Below are positions 1-7,393 of a stretch of 52,362 nt of DNA, piece by piece. Position 1 is the first letter of the stretch; each line of letters starts with the position of its first letter. The position numbers and the translations under genes are program-made. The stretch is from a virus (taxonomy: Duplodnaviria; Caudoviricetes). The notes under the pieces are model-generated. The model did not search any database, was not told the DNA's origin, and saw nothing but the letters and a program-made list of their open reading frames with translations. Where the stretch lies: IMG/VR virus record IMGVR_UViG_3300028027_000073, positions 1 through 52,362 of that record. One strand, given 5' to 3'.

Positions 1-35
1 ACGTCATTTTTATCTCCTTTATTTAACGTAAAGCG

Positions 36-64
36 ATATTAACATGTATAAAAATTATAGTCAA
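36..64 (-). promoter_or_regulatory. Leftward sigma70-type promoter (arm A)
   Basis: Minus strand TTGACT-17 nt-TAATAT with TG extension, upstream of an AAGGAG RBS and an ATG at the window edge. Confidence 0.6.
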
Positions 65-107
65 CTAATATAAAAGTCGGATAAATACCCCCCTATTAAA
101 ATACTTG

Positions 108-136
108 TTGACATAAAAATTGACTAGGAGTATAGT
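108..136 (+). promoter_or_regulatory. Rightward early sigma70-type promoter (arm A)
   Basis: TTGACA-17 nt-TATAGT, followed by AGGAG RBS and ATG at 161. Confidence 0.75.
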
Positions 137-160
137 GGCTGTTCTAGTTTAGGAGTGGAT

Positions 161-292
161 ATGAAGGTAGATAGATTTATGCGTATTATCACTAATGACA
201 GGCTACAAAAAAAGTTTACACAAAAGTTCTATTATGTGGTAAAGTGGTTTTTAGTAATATTTTGGGGATATTTTTTATGGCACATTCTTTAA
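161..292 (+). CDS. Small early membrane protein (43 aa)
   Basis: Hand-translated MKVDRFMRII...KWFLVIFWGYFLWHIL; AGGAG RBS; C-terminal hydrophobic helix. Confidence 0.65.
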   Translation: MKVDRFMRIITNDRLQKKFTQKFYYVVKWFLVIFWGYFLWHIL

Positions 293-474
293 AACATATA
301 TCAGTTATTCTTGCTGATCTTGTAAAAGAGCTTAAAGAAGATAATGACAAATGGGAGAAAGCAAATGAGTCAAAGACAACATTACGATCAAATAATGATG
401 GAGCAACACCAGAAGGAAGTATTAGAAACATTACATTATGTAACAGGGGAGAAGAAGATGAGCATACACAGTAA
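277..474 (+). CDS. Hypothetical protein
   Basis: LKHISVILADLVKELKE resembles LKPISEILEDVWKELKE at 39099. Confidence 0.55.
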   Translation: MAHSLKHISVILADLVKELKEDNDKWEKANESKTTLRSNNDGATPEGSIRNITLCNRGEEDEHTQ

Positions 475-877
475 GTTAATGCAAGCAAGATTAAAGTTAC
501 AAACAGCAGACCTTAAAAAGTCTGGTCATAATAAATTTGCAGGATACAAGTATTTTGAGTTAGGTGATTTCTTACCTACTATTCAAGAGATTTGTAATGA
601 GGTAGGTATTTGTGGCACAGTAACATTTTATACAGACATTGCAGTTTTAACTATTACAGACATGGATGATGCTACACAATTTATTGAGTTTAAATGCCCT
701 ATGTCTTCAGCAGCTTTAAAAGGTTGCCATGATGTGCAAAATCTAGGTGCAGTTCAAACTTATTTGCGTAGATATTTATGGACTAATGCTTTTGAGATTG
801 TAGAGCATGATGCTATTGACGCTAGTGCAGGTGCTGTTATTAAAATGAAAGATACTAAAGCAGAGGACTTTATCTAA
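458..877 (+). CDS. ERF-family single-strand annealing protein
   Basis: YKYFEL and GAVQTYLRRY motifs; start chosen from the GGGGAG RBS and the arm B homolog. Confidence 0.85.
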   Translation: MSIHSKLMQARLKLQTADLKKSGHNKFAGYKYFELGDFLPTIQEICNEVGICGTVTFYTDIAVLTITDMDDATQFIEFKCPMSSAALKGCHDVQNLGAVQTYLRRYLWTNAFEIVEHDAIDASAGAVIKMKDTKAEDFI

Positions 878-1479
878 TGGAACAACGATCAGAAGAGTGG
901 TTTCAAGCAAGGCTCGGTTTGGTTACAGCCAGTCGTGTAGCTGATGTATTAGCAAAGATTAAGAGCGGTGAATCTGCATCTAGACGTAACTACAAAATTC
1001 AACTAGTAAGCGAAAGGCTTACAGGTGAAAGGCAAGAAACATATATTAATCAAGCAATGCAAGACGGTATAGATAGAGAGCAATTTGCTAGAGATAGATA
1101 TGTGCAACAATTCGGGGAAGTGGAAGAAGTAGGGTTTATTCAACACCCTACTTTGGAAGCTGGTGCTAGTCCAGATGGTCTTGTAGGTACAGATGGGATT
1201 ATTGAAATTAAATGTCCTATGGGAAGTACCCATACAGAAACATTGATGACACAAGATATTCCAAGTAAGTACATTCCTCAAGTCCAGTTTCAACTTTTGG
1301 TTACAGGTCGTAAGTGGTGCGATTTTGTAAGCTATAACCCAATGTTTCCAGAGCATTTACAGGTATTTGTAAAGCGTATAGAAGCAGATCCAGTGTATCA
1401 AAAAGAGCTTGAGTCAGAAGTAAAACAATTCTTGGAAGAAGTAGATACAATCATAAATAAACTTAAGGAGATTAAGTAA
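877..1479 (+). CDS. YqaJ/lambda-exonuclease family protein
   Basis: QRSEEWFQARLG..TAS, GASPDG, EIKCP, QVQFQL motifs. Confidence 0.92.
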   Translation: MEQRSEEWFQARLGLVTASRVADVLAKIKSGESASRRNYKIQLVSERLTGERQETYINQAMQDGIDREQFARDRYVQQFGEVEEVGFIQHPTLEAGASPDGLVGTDGIIEIKCPMGSTHTETLMTQDIPSKYIPQVQFQLLVTGRKWCDFVSYNPMFPEHLQVFVKRIEADPVYQKELESEVKQFLEEVDTIINKLKEIK

Positions 1480-1679
1480 TGTTTAATGATATAGAAAGGC
1501 AAATGTTAATTAAAGCGTCTAGTGGATTACATGCAGAAACATTTCATTCATTAGATATTGAAGAGCAAGAGAAGCAAATGGAAAAGTTAGATAAAGTTAT
1601 TGGTCAGTTAATTAAACGTAATCCTGATAACTTTACAGGTAGCACAGTAGCAAATTTTTATAAAACACAAGGAAAATAA
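1479..1679 (+). CDS. Hypothetical protein
   Basis: Coupled ORF with AAGGAG RBS. Confidence 0.6.
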   Translation: MFNDIERQMLIKASSGLHAETFHSLDIEEQEKQMEKLDKVIGQLIKRNPDNFTGSTVANFYKTQGK

Positions 1680-1680
1680 A

Positions 1681-1911
1681 ATGGCAGAATATGACAACAC
1701 AAACACGTTTACTTTATTTAAGAATGACAAAGGTGACAATCCTAAACGACCAGATTACACAGGTATTGCTAACGTAGATGGTATTGAATTTAGAATTAGT
1801 GGCTGGATTAGAGAAAGTGCTAAAGGTAAGTTTATTAGTGGATCTGTACAACTAAAAGATGGTGATGTTAAGCCTAAACAAGCAGCAGTAGATGAGGATG
1901 TTCCTTTTTAG
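1681..1911 (+). CDS. Small ssDNA-binding-like protein
   Basis: NPKRPDYTG, SGW and acidic DEDVPF tail; occupies the position of ssb in arm B. Confidence 0.7.
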   Translation: MAEYDNTNTFTLFKNDKGDNPKRPDYTGIANVDGIEFRISGWIRESAKGKFISGSVQLKDGDVKPKQAAVDEDVPF

Positions 1912-1921
1912 GAACACCCTC
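1894..1921 (-). terminator. 12-bp hairpin at the pqqA 3' end, overlapping the SSB tail codons
   Basis: Minus strand GAGGGTGTTCCT-AAAA-AGGAACATCCTC (one G-U pair); no U-tract. Confidence 0.45.
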
Positions 1922-1932
1922 TCTAAATGTTA

Positions 1933-2004
1933 TTACTTGTTCATAACGTACATAGTTACTTCAAAGCCAAAACGCATTTCAGTTGCTGATGGTGATGTCC
2001 ACAT
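1933..2004 (-). CDS. pqqA: Coenzyme PQQ precursor peptide PqqA (MWTSPSATEMRFGFEVTMYVMNK)
   Basis: Hand translation; MWT.P...RFGFEVTMY signature with E-x-x-x-Y; AAGGAG RBS 6 nt upstream; second copy at 40823. Confidence 0.95.
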   Translation of the reverse strand: MWTSPSATEMRFGFEVTMYVMNK

Positions 2005-2048
2005 AGTTTGCTCCTTGTTTATGACATACAAAATTGTTTGTCTAGCAA

Positions 2049-2077
2049 ATTATGCTGTTTTTGCAATACAAAAGCAA
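2049..2077 (-). promoter_or_regulatory. Putative pqqA promoter
   Basis: Minus strand TTGCTT-17 nt-CATAAT. Confidence 0.45.
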
Positions 2078-2120
2078 GTAAGAAATATTTATATTACCCT
2101 AATGAAAATACGGAGACATT

Positions 2121-2450
2121 ATGGAAGAGATTATAGATTTTGATGACAATAGTGTGTTGGCACATACCCCAGAAGGTAAATTGCTAACATGTATACTAAC
2201 GCAAGCAGTAGAAGATGCTTTATATAGACACGCACCTAATAAATCAGGTACTAAAAATATGAAGTATCATCATAAGATTAATTTTGAAAACAAAATAGAC
2301 GCTATTAAATGGTTGTTTACTAATAGCGAATTATTAGATTCATGTTGTTTTGTAGTAAACGTGCATAAAGATTCTATTAGAAAAAAGATAATAGATATTA
2401 TAGGTGCAGATGTTATTCATCCACTTGTGTATAATGTTTACAAACCATAA
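2121..2450 (+). CDS. Hypothetical phage protein (arm A only)
   Basis: GGAG RBS; coupled to the next gene. Confidence 0.7.
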   Translation: MEEIIDFDDNSVLAHTPEGKLLTCILTQAVEDALYRHAPNKSGTKNMKYHHKINFENKIDAIKWLFTNSELLDSCCFVVNVHKDSIRKKIIDIIGADVIHPLVYNVYKP

Positions 2451-2839
2451 TGGACATGCAACTGACAGAGCATGACGTTCATTGTATAGCTACAGCAGTC
2501 TATACAGAAGTCAATACACAATCACTACAAGAAAAACTAGGAGTTATTCATGTGATTGCCAATAGAATAAGGTCTAAAAGATTTGGCAAAGATGCTTGTG
2601 AGGTTGTATATAGTCGTGGGCAGTTCATAGGGGTAGAAAACTATGTAAATGGTAAGCAATCTAAACCCGATCAAAAAATGTTTTTAGAAACTCAATTACT
2701 GGTACTTGACACATTAGTTTTTAAGAAGTATGCTAACCCAGTTGCAAATAGCTTGTATTTTCATGATGATAGTATAGATATGCAATTTATTTGGAATAAA
2801 AAGAAAGTAGTCCACATAGGAAGGATGGTATTTTATTAA
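2450..2839 (+). CDS. SleB/Hydrolase_2-family cell wall hydrolase
   Basis: CIATAVYTE, VIANR, C.VVY..GQF, LYFH, IGRMVFY motifs. Confidence 0.85.
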   Translation: MDMQLTEHDVHCIATAVYTEVNTQSLQEKLGVIHVIANRIRSKRFGKDACEVVYSRGQFIGVENYVNGKQSKPDQKMFLETQLLVLDTLVFKKYANPVANSLYFHDDSIDMQFIWNKKKVVHIGRMVFY

Positions 2840-3069
2840 TGAAACCGTTAGCATGGCTTGTAGAAGAGTTTGATAGCACAGGTAAACTTGTATGGTCTGG
2901 TCTTATGACTTCAGAACCTACGGAACTTTCATGGTTAAAAGACCTTAAATTAAAACTTCATAATGTTACGATAACACCATTAATACCAGATACCAAAAAT
3001 ATTGTAAAAGTAACTAATGTTAAAAAATATGATAGCAAAAAACTAACGGAGGCTTACGGTGGCAACTAA
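2839..3069 (+). CDS. Hypothetical protein
   Basis: PLAWLVEEFD...ITPL, homologous to 41387..41632. Confidence 0.65.
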   Translation: MKPLAWLVEEFDSTGKLVWSGLMTSEPTELSWLKDLKLKLHNVTITPLIPDTKNIVKVTNVKKYDSKKLTEAYGGN

Positions 3070-3796
3070 ACCAAATTTATTTATAGCAACACCAATGTAT
3101 GGAGGTTTATGTTATGGCACTTATTTAGAGTCTATGCTTAAACTGCAAGCATGGCTTAATGCTAAAGACATAGAAGCATACTTTTCATTTTTGTATAATG
3201 AAAGCCTTATTACTCGTGGTCGTAATACATTAGTGAATGACTTCTTAAAGGGTGACGCTACACACTTAATGTTTATTGATGCTGACATACAGTTTGAGGC
3301 ACAACACTTATTAAAGATGATTGACTCTGATGTAGAGATTATATGTGGCTTGTATCCTAAAAAAGAAATTAATTGGGGTGCAGTATCTTTTGCTATTGAA
3401 AAGAAAGTGCCACAGGATCAACTTAAATACTTTACTGGCGAGTATGTAGTAAATATGGTTGGCGATGTTGAGAAACAACTTGTGCCATTAGATAAGCCAT
3501 TTGAGATTAAACATGGTGGCACTGGATTTATGTTGATTAAACGTGAAGTATTTGAAAAGCTCAAAGACAAGTGTCCATCTTATACACATAACATGAATGA
3601 TGTAAATGATAACTCTGATTTAGGTGACAAGGTTACAGAATACTTTACCACTAGCATTGATGACCGAAATCATTTATTAAGTGAGGATTATCATTTCTGT
3701 AAACTAGCTAGGGATAATGGTATTAAGGTTTGGGGTGCAGCATGGGCACAACTAGGTCACACAGGCACTTATCAATTTAGTGGCAGGCTTGTATGA
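3059..3796 (+). CDS. GT-A fold glycosyltransferase-like protein
   Basis: IATPMYGG, SLITRGRN, LMFIDAD (DxD), GTGFMLI, SEDYHFC. Confidence 0.8.
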   Translation: MATKPNLFIATPMYGGLCYGTYLESMLKLQAWLNAKDIEAYFSFLYNESLITRGRNTLVNDFLKGDATHLMFIDADIQFEAQHLLKMIDSDVEIICGLYPKKEINWGAVSFAIEKKVPQDQLKYFTGEYVVNMVGDVEKQLVPLDKPFEIKHGGTGFMLIKREVFEKLKDKCPSYTHNMNDVNDNSDLGDKVTEYFTTSIDDRNHLLSEDYHFCKLARDNGIKVWGAAWAQLGHTGTYQFSGRLV

Positions 3797-4377
3797 TTAT
3801 ACCTAATGACATGATTAGCCATGTAGGTAAGATATTTCAAGGTGAATATGCTATAGAAGGTATAGGAAAAAGCCCTTATATTATAGACATTGGTGCTAAC
3901 GTAGGTGGATTTGCAGTATGGGCACATGAATACTTTGATAAACCAAAGATAGATTGCTATGAGCCTATAAAAGCTAACTATAGTTTATTAAGGCAAAATA
4001 CAGCAGGAACTGATATAGCTATTAGAAACTTTGCTATTGGTAAAGAAGATGGTGAGCGTATGATGTACTACGGATTAAATAACTGTGGTGAAGCTAGTAT
4101 GTTTCAAGGCAAAGAACAAAGAGCAGAAGGTGAAATGGTTAAAGTAATGTCTGCTAAACACTTGCCAGAGTGTGCCATCATGAAAATAGATACTGAAGGT
4201 GCAGAAATAGAGATACTAGAGAACTTGACTGTACAACCAGTAGTATTTCTTATAGAATTCCATAGTGCATGGAATAGAAGACGTATAGATGAATTATTGT
4301 ATGACTATACCTTGATAGATTGCACAATGCGTGGTTATAATTACGGAATCTTAAAGTACTTAAGAGGTAAATTTTAA
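3793..4377 (+). CDS. FkbM-family methyltransferase
   Basis: IDIGANVG, YEP, KIDTEGAE motifs. Confidence 0.9.
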   Translation: MIIPNDMISHVGKIFQGEYAIEGIGKSPYIIDIGANVGGFAVWAHEYFDKPKIDCYEPIKANYSLLRQNTAGTDIAIRNFAIGKEDGERMMYYGLNNCGEASMFQGKEQRAEGEMVKVMSAKHLPECAIMKIDTEGAEIEILENLTVQPVVFLIEFHSAWNRRRIDELLYDYTLIDCTMRGYNYGILKYLRGKF

Positions 4378-4389
4378 AAGGAGAATCAT

Positions 4390-4668
4390 ATGGATAATAT
4401 CAATCATCCAAAGCATTACTTGGTAGGTGGTATAGAAGCAATAGATGTTATTGAAAGTCGCTTGACAAAAGAAGAGTTTATTGGATACCTAAAAGGCTGT
4501 AAAATGAAATACGACTTACGCTACCCTTTTAAAGGCAAGTTTGAAGAAGATTTAGACAAGTCTGAATGGTATAAAAATAAACTATTAGAAATAGTTAAAG
4601 ATGAAGATGTTGTTAATCCACCAGAGGTTGCTGCTCAATTACAAAGACTAGAAATGGTTGATGATTAA
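4390..4668 (+). CDS. DUF3310/SaV-like protein
   Basis: INHPKHY..GGIEAIDVI...KY..R...EDLDKSEWY. Confidence 0.85.
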   Translation: MDNINHPKHYLVGGIEAIDVIESRLTKEEFIGYLKGCKMKYDLRYPFKGKFEEDLDKSEWYKNKLLEIVKDEDVVNPPEVAAQLQRLEMVDD

Positions 4669-5170
4669 CATTCCGATCAAGGATGAAATTGTTAGTCATT
4701 GTAGAAGTTTACTAAAAAAAACTAACTTTGGTAATAGAGGTGTTGCTGATGGCAATGCCTCTGAACAGTTAAGAGGTATTGTAGGTCAGTCTGTTGTTTT
4801 AGATTTTTTAGGATTACCATTCATTGAATCTAATGGATTTGATAATGGAATAGATTTTACATATAAAGATAAAACGTATGATGTAAAAACTATGGGAAGA
4901 AATTGTGAGCCAAAGCCATATTTTGTAAATAATCTAATTGGATTGCAAGATAAATACAAAGTAGATAGATACATATTTTGTAGTTTAAATAGAACCAATA
5001 TGATATTAACTATTTGTGGCTGGATAGATAAAAATGATTTTATTGAAAAAGCTAGTTTTTATAAAAAAGGTACTGTAAGAACTAGAAGTGATAATACATT
5101 TTTTCAAACAAAAGCTGATTTGTATGAATTACAAAACAAAGAATTGAATGATTTTAGTTTAATCGTCTAG
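4658..5170 (+). CDS. Putative PD-(D/E)XK nuclease-like protein
   Basis: GIDF...YDVKT motif; very AT-rich; arm A only. Confidence 0.5.
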   Translation: MMINIPIKDEIVSHCRSLLKKTNFGNRGVADGNASEQLRGIVGQSVVLDFLGLPFIESNGFDNGIDFTYKDKTYDVKTMGRNCEPKPYFVNNLIGLQDKYKVDRYIFCSLNRTNMILTICGWIDKNDFIEKASFYKKGTVRTRSDNTFFQTKADLYELQNKELNDFSLIV

Positions 5171-5326
5171 TTCTGGCACTTCTGAATAAACGGAAAGCCC
5201 ATCACCACTAATTTCAATGTGGCTTCCGTCATCTAACATTATAATAAGCACGTCTTCACCGTAATAGGCTTCTGCTTCTACTACCATTTTGCCTACCATG
5301 TGCTCACATAACTGTTGAATGTTCAT
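5159..5326 (-). CDS. Small acidic hypothetical protein
   Basis: Homolog at 42885..43061 (C.HM.G, LDD...IEISG). Confidence 0.7.
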   Translation of the reverse strand: MNIQQLCEHMVGKMVVEAEAYYGEDVLIIMLDDGSHIEISGDGLSVYSEVPELDD

Positions 5327-5334
5327 AATTTTCC

Positions 5335-6072
5335 TTATATGCTGATAACTGATTCTTTTGTAACTTGTTCTGATTTCACTGATCTGCTCCATTTACCACA
5401 TCCTTGACATTGGAATCGTTGATAGTGTCGTGATAAATTAACTGCTGAACCACGCTTTTGTAATTTGCTAGAACCGCAATTTGGACATACTGTATTTGCG
5501 GAATACGCATTGTGGTTAGGATGATTTTTAATCCATGCTTTAAACTTGTCATAAACTTTTTCAAGTAGTACTACATCGTTTTTATTGTACTCTTCCATAG
5601 TCTTCCAAGCTTTACGATCATCGTTCATACACTTAACCCACAATGTATGACCTTCATGTTCTGTTTTAGAACCTAAACCTAAAGCCTGTGATACATAATC
5701 TAGTTTGTTAGAAACAAACCTAAATTGTCTACGAGCTACTTGTAATAAATCTATCTGTTTGGCAGGTGCTGGAGGCGGCATACCTGCTAATAAGAATTCT
5801 TTGTGTAGTATGGGTATGTCAAACCTAGAACCGTTGTAATGGACTATAGCATCAGCTTCATCAAGAAGTTTATGCACAGAGTCTAGCATCTTTTGTTTGC
5901 CAGATTTTTGAATAGAATCAAACATGATTTTAGATTCACCGTACCACTTGGCTGCATAGCAAAGGGTATAAGATGATTCTAATAATTGATTTATAGAGAT
6001 GTTCTGGTCAAAGATACCCCAGACATGAGCAGTATTTGGTGCTACTTCTATATCAATAAGTAAAATTTTCAT
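5335..6072 (-). CDS. RNase H-like (DnaQ/YprB-type) exonuclease with C-terminal Zn ribbon
   Basis: LIDIE, HYNGSRFD, NKLDYV, YNKNDV; CPNC...CQGC. Confidence 0.85.
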   Translation of the reverse strand: MKILLIDIEVAPNTAHVWGIFDQNISINQLLESSYTLCYAAKWYGESKIMFDSIQKSGKQKMLDSVHKLLDEADAIVHYNGSRFDIPILHKEFLLAGMPPPAPAKQIDLLQVARRQFRFVSNKLDYVSQALGLGSKTEHEGHTLWVKCMNDDRKAWKTMEEYNKNDVVLLEKVYDKFKAWIKNHPNHNAYSANTVCPNCGSSKLQKRGSAVNLSRHYQRFQCQGCGKWSRSVKSEQVTKESVISI

Positions 6073-6099
6073 AATAACCTTTAGTTATAAGTTTACTTA

Positions 6100-6549
6100 T
6101 TATATACCAAGAAATAGTCTGCGTTCATCCAATCTTCTGTTTTGTAAGCCTTTTAGGACTTTACCACCAGCTCTACAATATTTAACTAGCGATTCCATAG
6201 CCGTTTCTTTATCGCCACGAAGCAACGCTTGACGGATGGTTGAACGCTGAAAGCATCCAAGACCCAGATTAAAGCAAAAGCTGACAAGAGCGTCAAACTC
6301 ATGTTGTCGTAAAGGCACGTTAGGTAACATCTTATGTACTCCCAACTCAAAACGGTTGAGGTCTCGTTTAAGAATTGCATCTATTTCCTCGTTAGTAAAT
6401 GTTTTGTTCCATTCAGGCGGTAATGTTTTTCCATCACCAATCAAATGACCAATTCCCACTGTCCATAGTTTTGCGGGACACTGGTATGGTTTGTTTCTAA
6501 CACCTTCATGATGTCGGATTAACTTAATTGCCTCTTTAGATACTTTCAC
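6100..6549 (-). CDS. Endolysin, GH24 phage lysozyme
   Basis: HEGVR..PYQC..WTVGIGH, FDALVSFCFNLG, GLQNRR; GTG start assumed. Confidence 0.92.
   Translation of the reverse strand: MKVSKEAIKLIRHHEGVRNKPYQCPAKLWTVGIGHLIGDGKTLPPEWNKTFTNEEIDAILKRDLNRFELGVHKMLPNVPLRQHEFDALVSFCFNLGLGCFQRSTIRQALLRGDKETAMESLVKYCRAGGKVLKGLQNRRLDERRLFLGI
6186..6380 (-). CDS. Candidate overprinted membrane protein nested in the lysozyme gene (64 aa)
   Basis: GAGGA RBS 5 nt before ATG; TM segment plus basic tail; intact in both arms. Confidence 0.45.
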   Translation of the reverse strand: MQFLNETSTVLSWEYIRCYLTCLYDNMSLTLLSAFALIWVLDAFSVQPSVKRCFVAIKKRLWNR

Positions 6550-7033
6550 GTTTCTTTTCCCAAGTGCGAGAACCAAAGTAAAAGCCAATAATACTTGCAG
6601 TAATAGCCATTTCTTCAGAGCCAAATACTTCTTGTGAAGCTACAACAAAGTCAACACCTGACCACATAGCCCATACCAAAGAAATAAGGTTGATAAGCAC
6701 TAACTCCCCTACAAAGATGAAAGCGACTACAGGTCTAACCATAGCGTTCCAGTTCTTAACTGTAGGGCTTGCATTTTCTACTAGCTTCTTATCGTGGTCG
6801 TATAATGCTTCACGTTCTTGTGCGTATGTTTGAACTTCTATTTGGTCTAGCTTAATAGCTTCTATCTTTTCTTGTGATATAAAGCCTGCTTTAGCTAATT
6901 CTAATTCACGTTCTGTTTGTAGTTTAGCCATTTCTCTTTCATGCTTTTGGTCACCTTTTTGCTGAAAGAAACCTAAAACACTGGGTAAGCCTGAAGTAGC
7001 AAAACCTAATATACCTGATAAAATACTTAACAT
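6536..7033 (-). CDS. Holin (3TM/GTA-holin-like)
   Basis: VRP..., hydrophobic segments, IIGFYFGSR C-terminus; overlaps the lysozyme gene. Confidence 0.75.
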   Translation of the reverse strand: MLSILSGILGFATSGLPSVLGFFQQKGDQKHEREMAKLQTERELELAKAGFISQEKIEAIKLDQIEVQTYAQEREALYDHDKKLVENASPTVKNWNAMVRPVVAFIFVGELVLINLISLVWAMWSGVDFVVASQEVFGSEEMAITASIIGFYFGSRTWEKKRESI

Positions 7034-7393
7034 CTATAACTCCTTTGGATCAAAGCCATACATTTTGGCTACACGTTTTTGTAATTTAAGAAACAAGCCT
7101 TTATGACTTGTGTACTGCTCTGTTTTTGGTGAAACTGTATATACACACATATGCAATATTTCATGGCAAAGTGTAATTAACACAGGGTATAAGTGAGAAT
7201 GTCTTGCAGTAGATATAGTAATAACATGTGGCTCACCTTGTTCTGGTGGTTGATATTCTCCACATATAGCATTGTCATTTACGATAACAAAGTCTACTTT
7301 AGATGCTGGTGGTAATTTGTATTCATCAAATATAGGCATCTCTATAATTGCACTATAGAGGTTAGCTATATTATTTTCTGTAATGAATGTCAT
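7034..7393 (-). CDS. Small zincin-like (SprT-like) metallopeptidase
   Basis: TLCHEILH plus downstream H...F. Confidence 0.65.
   Translation of the reverse strand: MTFITENNIANLYSAIIEMPIFDEYKLPPASKVDFVIVNDNAICGEYQPPEQGEPHVITISTARHSHLYPVLITLCHEILHMCVYTVSPKTEQYTSHKGLFLKLQKRVAKMYGFDPKEL

Noticed and set aside
344-457. N-terminal extension of ERF in the ORF track
   Set aside because: The RBS and the arm B homolog support a start at 458; the upstream part may be a small fused ORF, which I cannot resolve
2039-2049. TTTGCTAGACA 11-mer upstream of both pqqA copies
   Set aside because: Opposite orientations in the two arms, and similar words occur inside genes; cannot be separated from chance
1892-2143. 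83-aa plus-strand ORF
   Set aside because: Antisense shadow of pqqA and its promoter; not conserved in arm B
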